A stretch of 64,000 bases of DNA from Bacteroidota bacterium (GTDB lineage: Bacteria > Bacteroidota > Bacteroidia > Bacteroidales > GCA-2748055). Location: NCBI GenBank assembly GCA_049325415.1, contig JBMOLL010000015.1, forward strand, positions 14,923 to 78,922, given 5' to 3'. This document shows, piece after piece, positions 19,412 to 29,460 of this stretch (position 1 is its first letter; each line of letters opens with the position of its first letter). The notes beneath the pieces are model-generated. The model saw only the letters and a list, made by a program, of their open reading frames with translations. It had not been told where the DNA came from and ran no database searches. A program made the position numbers and the translations under genes.

Positions 19412-19495
19412 TATGCCATTTTGTCTGCTGCAGATAATTGGCAAAATATTTGACAGGTAAAAGCCGTAACATAACGGACTAAATTAAAAGAGAAT

Positions 19496-20080
19496 ATGGC
19501 AAAAAAAGTTCATAAGCCTGAAAAACAGGATGTTAATATAGAGAATGAAGTAGGTAACCAGGCTGGTGAAAATCAGGTAACAGAGAATGTACAGGAAGGT
19601 GCGGTTGAGAACGAGGTGAAAGATGCAGGGAAGAAGGAGCCGACAGCCGAGGAAAAACTGGCAGAATTGCAGGATAAATACCTCCGTCTGTCAGCCGAGT
19701 TTGACAACTACCGAAAGCGGACCATGCGGGAGAAGGGCGACCTGCTAAAATCGGCCAATGAAGACCTTCTTACGAGGATCCTTCCTGTATCGGACGATTT
19801 TGAAAGAGCCCTGGTTTCCATCGACCAGGCTACCGATATGGATGCCCTGAAGACCGGGGTTCACCTGATCTTTGATAAGTTCTTCAACTTCCTTAAACAG
19901 CAGGGTATTAAAGAGATCGAGGCCAGGAACCTGGATTTCAACACCGACCTGCACGAAGCGGTGACCAAGATCCCGGCGCCCGATGAGAGCCTGAAAGGAA
20001 AGGTTGTTGATGTGATTGAAAAAGGTTATTACCTGAATGATAAAGTGATACGTTTTGCTAAAGTGGTGATCGGCGAATAA
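19496..20080 (+). CDS. grpE: Nucleotide exchange factor GrpE
   Basis: 194-aa ORF with LQDKYLRLSAEFDNYRKR, directly upstream of dnaJ. Confidence 0.93.
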   Translation: MAKKVHKPEKQDVNIENEVGNQAGENQVTENVQEGAVENEVKDAGKKEPTAEEKLAELQDKYLRLSAEFDNYRKRTMREKGDLLKSANEDLLTRILPVSDDFERALVSIDQATDMDALKTGVHLIFDKFFNFLKQQGIKEIEARNLDFNTDLHEAVTKIPAPDESLKGKVVDVIEKGYYLNDKVIRFAKVVIGE

Positions 20081-20095
20081 AATAATCCTGGAGAT

Positions 20096-21247
20096 ATGGC
20101 AAAAAGAGACTTTTACGAGATACTGGAAATAGGTAAGGATGCCTCCCAGGACGAGATCAAGAAAGCTTACCGGAAACAGGCGCTGAAATACCATCCCGAT
20201 AAGAATCCCGGTGATCATACCGCCGAAGACAAGTTCAAGGAAGCTGCCGAGGCTTACGAGGTCCTTTCCAATCCTGAAAAGCGCAGTAAATACGACCGTT
20301 TCGGTCACGCTGCCTTCGACGGAGCCTCCGGTGGTGGCTATGGTGGCGGGATGACCATGGAAGATATCTTCTCCCAGTTCGGTGATATCTTCGGCAGTTT
20401 CGGCTTTGGAAGCAGTTTTGGTTTCGGGGGAGGATCGAGAGGCGGACGCATGGTAAACAAAGGATCGAACCTCCGCGTAAAGGTCACCCTTGACCTGCAG
20501 GAAATAGCCAAAGGTGTTGAAAAGAAGCTCAAGGTAAAAAAATACGTTTCCTGTGATACCTGCAGCGGAACCGGGGCGAAAAACGGCTCGGCGAAAACCA
20601 AGTGCCAGACCTGCCATGGAAGCGGGCACGTCACCCATGTTACAAACACTTTTCTCGGCCAGATGCAGACCACCTCTGCTTGTCCGACCTGCCGCGGGGA
20701 AGGAGAGGTGATCCAGGAGAAATGCCCGGTATGTTACGGGGAAGGGATCGTTAAGAAGGATGAGGTGGTGACCATCAATATCCCGGCCGGAGTTGGTGAA
20801 GGAATGCAGGTGAAGGTGAGCGGAAAGGGGAATGCTCCCCGCCGCGGAGGAGTAAACGGCGACCTGCTTGTGGTAATCCATGAGGAGGAGCACCCCGATC
20901 TTGTGAGGGACGGCAACGACCTGATTTACAATCTCTACCTGAGCATTCCCCAGGCCATACTGGGGGATACGGTAGAAGTACCGACGATCGACGGAAAGGC
21001 CAAGATTAAGATCGACCAGGGAACACAGCCCGGAAAGATCCTGCGGCTGAGGGGTAAAGGTCTGCCCGAAGTGAACGGCTACGGAAGGGGTGATCTCCTG
21101 GTTTCGATTAACGTGTGGGTACCGAAATCGCTCGATCGTGATGAGCAGAAGATGGTGGAAAAGATGGCGTCCTCACCCAGTTTCACCCCGTCGCCCGACC
21201 GGAACGACAAGAATTTTTTCAGCCGGATGAAGAATTTTTTTGAATAA
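20096..21247 (+). CDS. dnaJ: Molecular chaperone DnaJ
   Basis: 383-aa ORF with a J-domain (YHPDKNPGD), a G/F-rich linker and four CxxCxG zinc-finger repeats. Confidence 0.96.
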   Translation: MAKRDFYEILEIGKDASQDEIKKAYRKQALKYHPDKNPGDHTAEDKFKEAAEAYEVLSNPEKRSKYDRFGHAAFDGASGGGYGGGMTMEDIFSQFGDIFGSFGFGSSFGFGGGSRGGRMVNKGSNLRVKVTLDLQEIAKGVEKKLKVKKYVSCDTCSGTGAKNGSAKTKCQTCHGSGHVTHVTNTFLGQMQTTSACPTCRGEGEVIQEKCPVCYGEGIVKKDEVVTINIPAGVGEGMQVKVSGKGNAPRRGGVNGDLLVVIHEEEHPDLVRDGNDLIYNLYLSIPQAILGDTVEVPTIDGKAKIKIDQGTQPGKILRLRGKGLPEVNGYGRGDLLVSINVWVPKSLDRDEQKMVEKMASSPSFTPSPDRNDKNFFSRMKNFFE

Positions 21248-21267
21248 GCAACCATACCTTACCAAAC

Positions 21268-22209
21268 ATGTATTTGATCTCTGCCAACGAAATCGTCAAA
21301 GACTTCCAGGGACACCGGGCATTGGACAAAGTCTCGGTGAATGTTCCCGCAGGAAGCATTTACGGTCTGCTCGGTCCGAACGGAGCGGGTAAGACCACCC
21401 TGATCCGCATTATCAATCAGATCACGGCACCCGATGAGGGTACCCTGCTGTTCGATGGTCGCCCCATCCGTAGGGAGGATGTGGCACAGATCGGCTATCT
21501 CCCCGAAGAACGAGGACTGTATAAAAAAATGAAAGTCGGCGAGCAGGCCCTCTATCTTGCACAGCTGAAAGGGCTCAGCAAGCAGGAGGCCATGCGGAAA
21601 CTCCGCTACTGGTTCCAGAAATTTGAGATTACCGCCTGGTGGGGGAAGAAAGTGGAGGAGCTATCCAAGGGGATGCAGCAGAAAGTACAGTTTATCACCA
21701 CTGTTCTTCATGAACCCAAACTGCTGATCTTTGACGAACCCTTCAGCGGCTTCGACCCCATCAATGTCAATACCCTGAAAAACGAGATCCTGGAACTGAA
21801 AGAAAAAGGATCAACCATCATCTTTTCAACTCATAACATGGCCTCCGTCGAGGAGCTGTGCGACCATATCACCCTGATCAACAATTCAAGGACCCTGCTG
21901 GAGGGTGAGATTACAACGATCAGGGATCAGTTCAGGACCAATACCTTCCGCGTTCAGTACAACGGGGCGCAGGATATTGCTACCGACATGCTGAACGGCT
22001 CCTTCGAGTTACTCAGCCATGCGGCAAACGGTAAGGAAAAAAGTGCGGAGATCCGGATCAAGGACCAGTCGGGCCCCAACGACCTGCTCAAGGCCCTGAT
22101 CCCGAAAGTGGAAATCCTCTCTTTCAATGAGATCCTTCCGAGTATGAACGACATTTTTATCCGCGTGGTGGGAGAAGCCACCGGAAAATCCAAAACCGAA
22201 CAACCATGA
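21268..22209 (+). CDS. ABC transporter ATP-binding protein (ABC-2 type)
   Basis: 313-aa ORF with GPNGAGKTT, LSKGMQQK and LIFDEP. Confidence 0.9.
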   Translation: MYLISANEIVKDFQGHRALDKVSVNVPAGSIYGLLGPNGAGKTTLIRIINQITAPDEGTLLFDGRPIRREDVAQIGYLPEERGLYKKMKVGEQALYLAQLKGLSKQEAMRKLRYWFQKFEITAWWGKKVEELSKGMQQKVQFITTVLHEPKLLIFDEPFSGFDPINVNTLKNEILELKEKGSTIIFSTHNMASVEELCDHITLINNSRTLLEGEITTIRDQFRTNTFRVQYNGAQDIATDMLNGSFELLSHAANGKEKSAEIRIKDQSGPNDLLKALIPKVEILSFNEILPSMNDIFIRVVGEATGKSKTEQP

Positions 22210-23579
22210 ACAAAATATTCCTCATCATCCAGCGCGAATACCTTACCCGCGTAAGGAAGAAATCCTTTATTGTAATGACCCTTCTGGGTCCCGTTCTCTT
22301 TGCCGCCTTTATGGTCCTTCCCGCCTATTTTGCCACCATGAAGGATTCGGAAGTGAAAAAAATCGCCGTTATCGACAATACGAACATTTTTACCCGGTAT
22401 TCAGAAGGCAAGGCCGAGTCGGTCCTGCCCGAAACCGAATATATTAAATTTGTTGCTCTCGAAGATGTGAACGTCGATGACCTGAAAAAAGACTTTGCCT
22501 CCACAGGTTACTATGCTCTTCTCTACATTCCCGAGAATATCCTGAGTTCGGAATCGGTATTGCTGTATTCCGACAAACAGCCCACCCTCGAGGTGAAAAA
22601 CTATATCGAAGACAAACTGAGTAAGGATATCGAGAACCTGAAACTTTCGAAACATAATATTGAAAATCTGGATGAGATTCTTTCCGAGATCAAGACCTCT
22701 GTGGATGTGCGGAACATCAAGTGGACCAAAGAGGGGGAATCCAAAGAAAGCAATACAGGGATTATTATGGGGATCGGTTACGCGGCCGGTATGCTCATTT
22801 ATTTCTTCATCTTCCTGTTCGGTGCCCAGGTGATGCGTGGGGTTATCGAGGAAAAATCGAACCGGATCATCGAGGTGATCGTCAGCTCGGTAAAACCCTT
22901 CGAACTGATGATGGGAAAAATAATAGGCGTTGGACTCACCGGCCTGACCCAATTCATAATCTGGGTAGTGCTCACGGTTGTACTGATCTTCGGGGCCAAA
23001 AACTTTCTCGGTGCGGAAGAAAACCCGGTACCGGTTCAACAGGTTGCCGGCAATGAGCTGTTCGAACAACAGGCTGGTCAGACCCTGCAGGCCGGGGAAC
23101 AGGTTACCGGCGGACTGGAGATCTTTAACGATCTCAATAAAGCCCTGGAAGCCGTCGATCCGGTGGCCATTGTTCTCAGTTTCCTGTTCTTTTTCCTGTT
23201 CGGTTACCTGCTTTATGCCTCCATGTTTGCTGTGGTTGGAGCCGCTGCCGACAACGAAACGGATACCCAGCAGTTCATGCTCCCGATCACGCTGCCGCTG
23301 ATCCTGGGCATCTTCGTGATGATCAGTACCATCAATAATCCCGAAGGACCGCTGGCATTCTGGTTCTCCATCATTCCTTTTACCTCCCCCATCGTAATGA
23401 TGGTGAGGATACCTTTCGGTGTTCCTCCATGGCAGCTTATCCTGTCGGCCCTGCTGCTGATCCTCACCTTCCTGGGAATGGCCTGGACAGCCGGAAAGAT
23501 CTATCGCACCGGAATTCTGATGTACGGGAAGAAGGTGAATTATAAGGAGTTATGGAAATGGCTCCGTTACGGCAGCTAA
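22206..23579 (+). CDS. ABC-2 family transporter permease
   Basis: 457-aa ORF with an N-terminal TM, a large loop and a C-terminal TM bundle. It overlaps the ATPase gene by 4 bp. Confidence 0.8.
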   Translation: MNKIFLIIQREYLTRVRKKSFIVMTLLGPVLFAAFMVLPAYFATMKDSEVKKIAVIDNTNIFTRYSEGKAESVLPETEYIKFVALEDVNVDDLKKDFASTGYYALLYIPENILSSESVLLYSDKQPTLEVKNYIEDKLSKDIENLKLSKHNIENLDEILSEIKTSVDVRNIKWTKEGESKESNTGIIMGIGYAAGMLIYFFIFLFGAQVMRGVIEEKSNRIIEVIVSSVKPFELMMGKIIGVGLTGLTQFIIWVVLTVVLIFGAKNFLGAEENPVPVQQVAGNELFEQQAGQTLQAGEQVTGGLEIFNDLNKALEAVDPVAIVLSFLFFFLFGYLLYASMFAVVGAAADNETDTQQFMLPITLPLILGIFVMISTINNPEGPLAFWFSIIPFTSPIVMMVRIPFGVPPWQLILSALLLILTFLGMAWTAGKIYRTGILMYGKKVNYKELWKWLRYGS

Positions 23580-23639
23580 GCATTCATTGCGCCGGGCATG
23601 AATAACCTGACAGCAAAATGAGCATATCTATTTGAAAAC

Positions 23640-24563
23640 ATGACCTTTGCCATTCTCGATTTCGGTACCAACACCTTTAACCTTTTGATTGCAGAAGCAT
23701 CTGAAGATAAAGGCTTTAAGACCCTTCACAGCGGTAAACAGCCTGTAAAGCTCGGCAAAGGAGGGATCCACAACGGGCTGATCACCCCGGAGGCCATGGA
23801 AAGGGGTTTCCGGGCGGTGGAAAACCATCTGGCCACACTTCGTGAATACGGCAATCCTCCGGTCAGGGCCATCGCCACCTCCGCTATCCGCAGTGCCGGG
23901 AACGGAATGCAATACGTGGCCGAGATGAAGCGTCGTTACGGCTTCGACACGGAAGTGATCACAGGGGAACGCGAAGCTGAACTGATCTATAAGGGAGTGA
24001 AGGCCTCAGGAGTACTACCGGAAGAAAATGTCCTGATTCTGGATATCGGGGGAGGAAGCAACGAATTCATCCTCTGCGACCGTGAAACGATCTTCTGGAA
24101 AAGGAGCTTCGACCTGGGAATGGCCCGCATCCTTGAAAAATTTACCCTTTCCGATCCCATAAGGCCCGAGGAAATCAGGGAACTGGAAGACTATTTCGAA
24201 GCTGAGCTCGAACCGCTCTTCACCGCCGTGAATGAATTCAGGCCGGCGGCCCTCGTCGGGGCATCGGGCTCCTTTGAGACCTTTGCTGAAATGATCCGTC
24301 TTGCGAATGGCAAAGCGCCTGACAACGAGGTGGCACGAACGCTGGATCTCAACGCGTACAGTCTGCTTCACCACCGCCTCCTGGCCTCAACGCTGGAAGA
24401 GCGAAAGGAAATGCCCGGCATGGAACCGGTACGGGTGGAGATGATCGTCGCTGCATCTATTTTTGTTACCTTTGTTCTGCAAAAATGCCGGATCAGCAAG
24501 CTGCTTCAGACCGATTATGCCCTGAAGGAAGGCGTGTTTGCCGAAATGACCGGAATGAGCTAA
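23640..24563 (+). CDS. Ppx/GppA-family phosphatase (short form, no HD domain)
   Basis: 307-aa ORF with an actin-like ATPase fold signature: ILDFGTNTFNLLI, AIATSAIRSAGNG, LDIGGGSNEF. Confidence 0.85.
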   Translation: MTFAILDFGTNTFNLLIAEASEDKGFKTLHSGKQPVKLGKGGIHNGLITPEAMERGFRAVENHLATLREYGNPPVRAIATSAIRSAGNGMQYVAEMKRRYGFDTEVITGEREAELIYKGVKASGVLPEENVLILDIGGGSNEFILCDRETIFWKRSFDLGMARILEKFTLSDPIRPEEIRELEDYFEAELEPLFTAVNEFRPAALVGASGSFETFAEMIRLANGKAPDNEVARTLDLNAYSLLHHRLLASTLEERKEMPGMEPVRVEMIVAASIFVTFVLQKCRISKLLQTDYALKEGVFAEMTGMS

Positions 24564-24575
24564 AAACACATTGCT

Positions 24576-25742
24576 ATGCCACATATTCTTGTTGTTGATG
24601 ATGAACGCAGTATCCGGAATACGCTGAAAGAAATCCTGGAATACGAAAAATTTGACGTAGACCTGGCTGAAAACGGCCCGGAAGCACTCGAAAAGTTTGC
24701 GGCAGGAAAATACGATGTGGTTCTTTGCGACATCAAGATGCCGGAGATGGACGGAATTGAAGTACTCGGGAAGATCTTCGAAATCACCAACGATGTTCAG
24801 GTGATCATGATCTCGGGCCATGGAACCGTCGACACGGCTGTGGAAGCCATTAAAAAAGGGGCTTACGACTTTATCGAAAAACCGCTCGACCTCAACCGGC
24901 TGCTGATCACGATCCGGAATGCCCTCGATAAGTCCACCCTGCTCACGGAAACAAAGGTGCTGAAAAAGAAAGTCAGCAAAGGCTGGGAAATGATCGGAGA
25001 TTCTGCAGCCATCACCCAGGTGAAGGAGATGATCGAACGAGTGGCACCCACCGACGCCCGCGTGCTGATCACCGGCCCGAATGGCTCAGGTAAGGAGCTG
25101 GTTGCCAGGTGGCTGCATGAAAAAAGTCAGCGTTCAGCCGGTCCTTTTGTGGAGGTGAACTGTGCTGCCATCCCCTCCGAACTGATTGAGAGCGAACTGT
25201 TCGGCCATGAGAAAGGTGCGTTCACCTCGGCCATCAAACAGCGGATCGGAAAATTCGAACAGGCCAACGGCGGCACCCTGTTCCTGGATGAGATCGGCGA
25301 CATGAGCCTCTCGGCACAGGCCAAGGTGCTCAGGGCGCTTCAGGAGAACAAGATCACGCGGGTGGGAAGCGACAAGGACATCAGTGTGAATGTGCGCGTG
25401 GTGGCAGCGACCAACAAGAACATGCGGGAGGAAATTGATGCACATAATTTCAGGGAGGACCTATATCACCGGCTGAGCGTCATCCTGATCCACGTTCCCG
25501 CGCTGAGCGAAAGGAAGGAGGATATCCCCCTGCTTGCCGCTCACTTCAACGAACTGATCTGCAGCGAATACGGCACCCCGCCCCGTCTCATCACCGACGA
25601 TGCCATAGAAGAACTTCAGAAGATCCGGTGGACCGGTAACATCAGGGAATTCAGAAACGTACTGGAGAGACTGATTATTCTGTGCGACAAGCAGATAACA
25701 GGTAAGGATGTCGGGCTCTTCGCCATGCCGATCTCCAGGTAA
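24576..25742 (+). CDS. Sigma-54-dependent response regulator (REC + AAA+), no C-terminal HTH
   Basis: 388-aa ORF. REC domain (ILVVDDE...CDIKMPEMDG), Walker A GPNGSGKE, sigma-54 contact loop GAFTSA and Walker B LFLDEIGDM. The protein ends about 20 aa after the AAA+ lid. Confidence 0.88.
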   Translation: MPHILVVDDERSIRNTLKEILEYEKFDVDLAENGPEALEKFAAGKYDVVLCDIKMPEMDGIEVLGKIFEITNDVQVIMISGHGTVDTAVEAIKKGAYDFIEKPLDLNRLLITIRNALDKSTLLTETKVLKKKVSKGWEMIGDSAAITQVKEMIERVAPTDARVLITGPNGSGKELVARWLHEKSQRSAGPFVEVNCAAIPSELIESELFGHEKGAFTSAIKQRIGKFEQANGGTLFLDEIGDMSLSAQAKVLRALQENKITRVGSDKDISVNVRVVAATNKNMREEIDAHNFREDLYHRLSVILIHVPALSERKEDIPLLAAHFNELICSEYGTPPRLITDDAIEELQKIRWTGNIREFRNVLERLIILCDKQITGKDVGLFAMPISR

Positions 25743-25745
25743 GTC

Positions 25746-27377
25746 TCAGTTCGCTTTTACTGTCCTCCGGTACAGCACCACGGCCCCATCATTGCTTGAT
25801 CCTTCGCGGGTATAATACGCGTCAAGCAGATTCTGCCATTTGACGTACTCCGGCCGCGACCAGAATTTCCTGTCATCATAGACCACGATAAAATCCAGTT
25901 CCCGTTTTTCATGAACAGAAGCCGGCTCGGGCACGCTGCCGGGCATGCTCACCCTTTCTGTACCGGCAAACACTTCTGGAAGATCGTGGTTATTCCAGAC
26001 TACCGGAAACTGACCGGCACACTGCTGGTTGTTGATATAAATGGCACCGGCCTGATCGGCGGTATATGAAAAAAAGTGATGATCGATCCAGTTTCCGGAT
26101 TCCCGGATCCCGGTCAGCGTTGAGCCTTCAGGAATCAGTTTGCCCAGCTCGGTGAACTGCTTTGCCCGCGTATTCAGAATTTTCAGGTAACCATGGTGAA
26201 TATACCTGCTCTGTACACAGACCAGCAGCAGGACGGCCAGGCTGGCTACCTTCACCCCCGTCCTGAAATGTTGCTGCGCGAGCCAGGCAATCAGCAGCAG
26301 AAAGAAAAACAGACCGAAACGGTTTGTCAGGTTTCCGGCCGAGATCCTGTCGGGCGCAAAGAGGTAGACAAGGAGAAACAGGATGACCAGCGGTAGAAGA
26401 AGGTTTCTGTAGCCAGTGTCTTTTTTTGGAACAGTCTCTTTACTCTTCCGTTTTCTAATAAGGTCGAGCACCAAAACAGCCAGCAGACTAAGGATCAGTG
26501 CCGAAAGGAGGATATAGGCATACATCTCCCGCTTATAATCAAAGCCCACAAGGGGTTCGGCTCTGAGGAGGAAGATCCATAACTTCCCGAAAGAATATTT
26601 TGCTTTAGTCACGGTATCATCGATCCCCATTACCGAGCTGATGTAGATGTACCACAGAACCAGTGACGGCAGGGCAGCCAGCAGGATCTTCAATCCGCCG
26701 GTCAGGTATTCTTTCAGAGAAACAGAAAAACCTGCGACGCCCGTGCGCTGTATAAAGCGGAAAAGGAAAAGCCCCAGCAGTGAAACGCAGAAAATGGCAA
26801 AAACCAGTCCGTGAGAGAGAAAGACCCCCAGCATCAGCAGTGAAAAAACAAGCAGTTGCCCGGCACTGAGCCTCTCTCCCTTTCTGATCCAGAAGCCAAT
26901 GGCCAGGAAATAAAACAGGATGGCAAAACTGAAACTGTAATAGCCTCTCAGCAGGTAAGTATGAAAAATGAAGGGGAAGATCAGGTAGATAATGAGGTTC
27001 CCTTTTTCCGGGTTTACACTTCTGACCAGGTAGCGGAAGGAGAAGTACATGCCGAAAATATACAGGCTCAGGAACAACTTTTCGGCCAGCCAGCCGGGAA
27101 GGAAGAAATGCAGGAGGGAGAGCAGGAAATGTCCGGTCCAGTAGCCTACGATCACCTCATTGATGGAGAAGAACTGCCGGAAAGCTTCATCCCCTCTTAC
27201 CAGCCGATCTATGACCTGGGCATTGTACAGATGCTGCGGACCATCGAGCGAGGGCACAAAGCGGGTCGCCCATACCTGGAAAAGGGCAATGAGAAACATC
27301 AAAGCCAGAAACCAGGGTTCGTTTCTGAGAATAAACTGCCCGGTTCTTTTCATCGTCTCTGTTCTTATCATTTGCAT
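25746..27377 (-). CDS. Large polytopic membrane protein with C-terminal soluble domain (possible GT-C-like glycosyltransferase)
   Basis: The ORF reaches 27437, but ATG at 27377 avoids overlap with the upstream gene. It has about 11-12 hydrophobic helices and then a ~130-aa tail. It is the last gene of the GT2/UPF0104 operon. The family was not identified. Confidence 0.75.
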   Translation of the reverse strand: MQMIRTETMKRTGQFILRNEPWFLALMFLIALFQVWATRFVPSLDGPQHLYNAQVIDRLVRGDEAFRQFFSINEVIVGYWTGHFLLSLLHFFLPGWLAEKLFLSLYIFGMYFSFRYLVRSVNPEKGNLIIYLIFPFIFHTYLLRGYYSFSFAILFYFLAIGFWIRKGERLSAGQLLVFSLLMLGVFLSHGLVFAIFCVSLLGLFLFRFIQRTGVAGFSVSLKEYLTGGLKILLAALPSLVLWYIYISSVMGIDDTVTKAKYSFGKLWIFLLRAEPLVGFDYKREMYAYILLSALILSLLAVLVLDLIRKRKSKETVPKKDTGYRNLLLPLVILFLLVYLFAPDRISAGNLTNRFGLFFFLLLIAWLAQQHFRTGVKVASLAVLLLVCVQSRYIHHGYLKILNTRAKQFTELGKLIPEGSTLTGIRESGNWIDHHFFSYTADQAGAIYINNQQCAGQFPVVWNNHDLPEVFAGTERVSMPGSVPEPASVHEKRELDFIVVYDDRKFWSRPEYVKWQNLLDAYYTREGSSNDGAVVLYRRTVKAN

Positions 27378-27390
27378 TCCCTGACGGTTT

Positions 27391-28488
27391 CTATTTCTGG
27401 AGTCGGTCGTTATCCTGGATATCCATCCACATCGCAAAGAACAGCGACTGGAAGCCCGAGATAAAAAGGAAAATGTAGATCACGAGGATACTGTTGGGCG
27501 TTACCTTTCCGGCAACGAAGAGATTTTCCAGGATGGCGACGAAAAATGGAACGGAAGCCAGGAACAACAGGAAAGAAAACATATAAAAGAGAAAGATCGG
27601 ATGAAAATCCCGGATGAAATACCTTGTCCAGATTCTTTTAAAGAAAGCCTTGAAGAGCAGCCAGGATACCCGGGGGATCACCCTGAATATCTTCATTTTT
27701 GATTTCTCCCCGATACGGTAAACCGGTTTGATCTCCACCTCCCTCAAGGTACATTTGGCAATATTAAGTTTTACCAGCATATCGTTGGGCATGCCATAAC
27801 TGCGGTAGATGCGGGCCACATCGATCTTTCGCAGCGCTGCAAGCGAAATGGCCGTGTAACCGGTCTGTGTGTCGGAAACTCTCCAGTAGCCCGATGCAAT
27901 TTTTGTAAGCATGCTCAGAACCGAATTCCCAAAATACCTTGAAGCGGGGATCAGCTCCCGGGCCCCGGGATGGGTCAGCCGGTTCCCCTTGACATAATCG
28001 GCTTCCCCCGTGACCACCGGAAGACAGATCGCTTCCAGCTCTTCCGGATCCATCTGTCCGTCGCCGGCCATCACCGCCGTGCAGTAAATCTGATGATCTT
28101 TGCACCACTTGTAACCCCTTGCAATGGAGGCTCCGACACCACCGTTCTTCAGGTTACGGATCAGAATGATCCTGCTGCGGTTTGGTTGGGAATTTACAAG
28201 CTCCGACGGCACCAGCTTTTCCATCTCCTTTATTTCCATCTGTTCTGCCACAATATCTGCCTCATTGTAAAAACTGCGCTCGGTGATCTTCGTCGCAATC
28301 TGCGGATTAAAATAAGCTTCTTCCACCCTGATCAGCGATCCGACCAGCTCCGCGGTACCATCGCCCGAACAATCGTCGACCACAACGATACGGTCTACAA
28401 AAGCAGGCATGGTTTCAATCACCCGGCTGATCTGTTTCTCTTCATTGTATGCCGGCACGACAACGGCAACGGTACGGTTATTCAGCAT
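27391..28488 (-). CDS. GT2-family glycosyltransferase with C-terminal TM helices (polyprenyl-phosphate glycosyltransferase-like)
   Basis: 365-aa ORF with VVVPAYNEE, VVVDDCSGDGT, a DxD-like AGDGQMDP and two C-terminal TM helices. Confidence 0.85.
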   Translation of the reverse strand: MLNNRTVAVVVPAYNEEKQISRVIETMPAFVDRIVVVDDCSGDGTAELVGSLIRVEEAYFNPQIATKITERSFYNEADIVAEQMEIKEMEKLVPSELVNSQPNRSRIILIRNLKNGGVGASIARGYKWCKDHQIYCTAVMAGDGQMDPEELEAICLPVVTGEADYVKGNRLTHPGARELIPASRYFGNSVLSMLTKIASGYWRVSDTQTGYTAISLAALRKIDVARIYRSYGMPNDMLVKLNIAKCTLREVEIKPVYRIGEKSKMKIFRVIPRVSWLLFKAFFKRIWTRYFIRDFHPIFLFYMFSFLLFLASVPFFVAILENLFVAGKVTPNSILVIYIFLFISGFQSLFFAMWMDIQDNDRLQK

Positions 28489-28566
28489 GCCTGAGGTTTT
28501 TTCGTGAAACCGGGTTCCCGGTGAATAGGATTATTCTTATAAAGTACGCAATTCATGGTCAAATTA

Positions 28567-29460
28567 TCAAGGCTCTTTTTCAGTTTTCAACTCAGCAGGT
28601 CCGTTGAGCCAGCGGGGCGACAGGCTGAACAGGATCCCCCAGAGCGAGGTAAAGGCCGTGATCAGGTAAAAGATGAAGCTCAGCGCAATCGACAGGTTCA
28701 GATCAAGACCGAGCCACTGCGCCCCGAGAAGGAAGGTGAATTCCCTCGACCCTACCCCGCCGACCGTGACAGGCAGTACGGCAACGATTGAAGAGACAAG
28801 GAAAACAAACAGGTAGGGCATGAACTCACTTTTTACGTCAATAGCCAGCAGGATGAGTAAAGCCGACAGGGTTTGCAGGACCTGAACGGCCAGCGACTGC
28901 AGGTTGGTAGAAAGAAATACTCTTTCAAAATCCCGGAAGAACCAGTGAAAACCCAGCCAGGAAGCCAGCAGGGCCAGGGGGATGAGTAGCCATGATAGTT
29001 TCAGGTACAGGGCCGGCAGCGCGGTGAACCAGGAAAACACAACAGCCAGGCAAAAAAGAGCCAGGACACCAATAACACGGTCGAGCATGACGGCCCAGAA
29101 AATGCTTCGGGTTCGCACTTCCGAGCGGCGGCTCAGGTAATAGATCTTGTAGCCATCGCCCCCGATCCCGCCGGGAAGAAACAGGTTATAATACATTCCA
29201 AGAAGGTAAAACCGGAGGTTGAACCGGTTGGAGAGCCTGATGCCAATAGCTCTGAAATAACGGTTAAGCCGATAAGCCGAGATGACCTTGGAAAATATAA
29301 AGAGGACCAGGGCTGCCAGGATCAGCAGCAGGTTAGCTGTGCGAAATACACTACCGACCTCCCGGATATCGATTTTATGAAAAACGAAAATCAGCGCTGC
29401 TGCAGTAACGGCTAGTTTGAGCAGCAGCTTGAGGTAATTAAGCAGCTTTTTCCTCTCCAC
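28567..29460 (-). CDS. UPF0104 / MprF-flippase-like (LPG-synthase TM domain) membrane protein
   Basis: 297-aa polytopic ORF with a basic N-terminus (MERKKLLNYLKLLLK) and the family-type motif VGGVGSRE near the C-terminus. Confidence 0.75.
   Translation of the reverse strand: MERKKLLNYLKLLLKLAVTAAALIFVFHKIDIREVGSVFRTANLLLILAALVLFIFSKVISAYRLNRYFRAIGIRLSNRFNLRFYLLGMYYNLFLPGGIGGDGYKIYYLSRRSEVRTRSIFWAVMLDRVIGVLALFCLAVVFSWFTALPALYLKLSWLLIPLALLASWLGFHWFFRDFERVFLSTNLQSLAVQVLQTLSALLILLAIDVKSEFMPYLFVFLVSSIVAVLPVTVGGVGSREFTFLLGAQWLGLDLNLSIALSFIFYLITAFTSLWGILFSLSPRWLNGPAELKTEKEP

Noticed and set aside
19439-19453. Sigma-54-like element TGGCA-N6-TTGA upstream of grpE, noted because a sigma-54 activator is encoded nearby.
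   Set aside because: The -12 element is TTGA rather than TTGC. The same sequence fits a Bacteroidota sigma-A promoter better: TTTG at 19420-19423 and a TTTG-containing -7 box at 19445-19452, with ~21-nt spacing. A second TGGCAG…TGC at 42518-42534 has the wrong spacing (N11).
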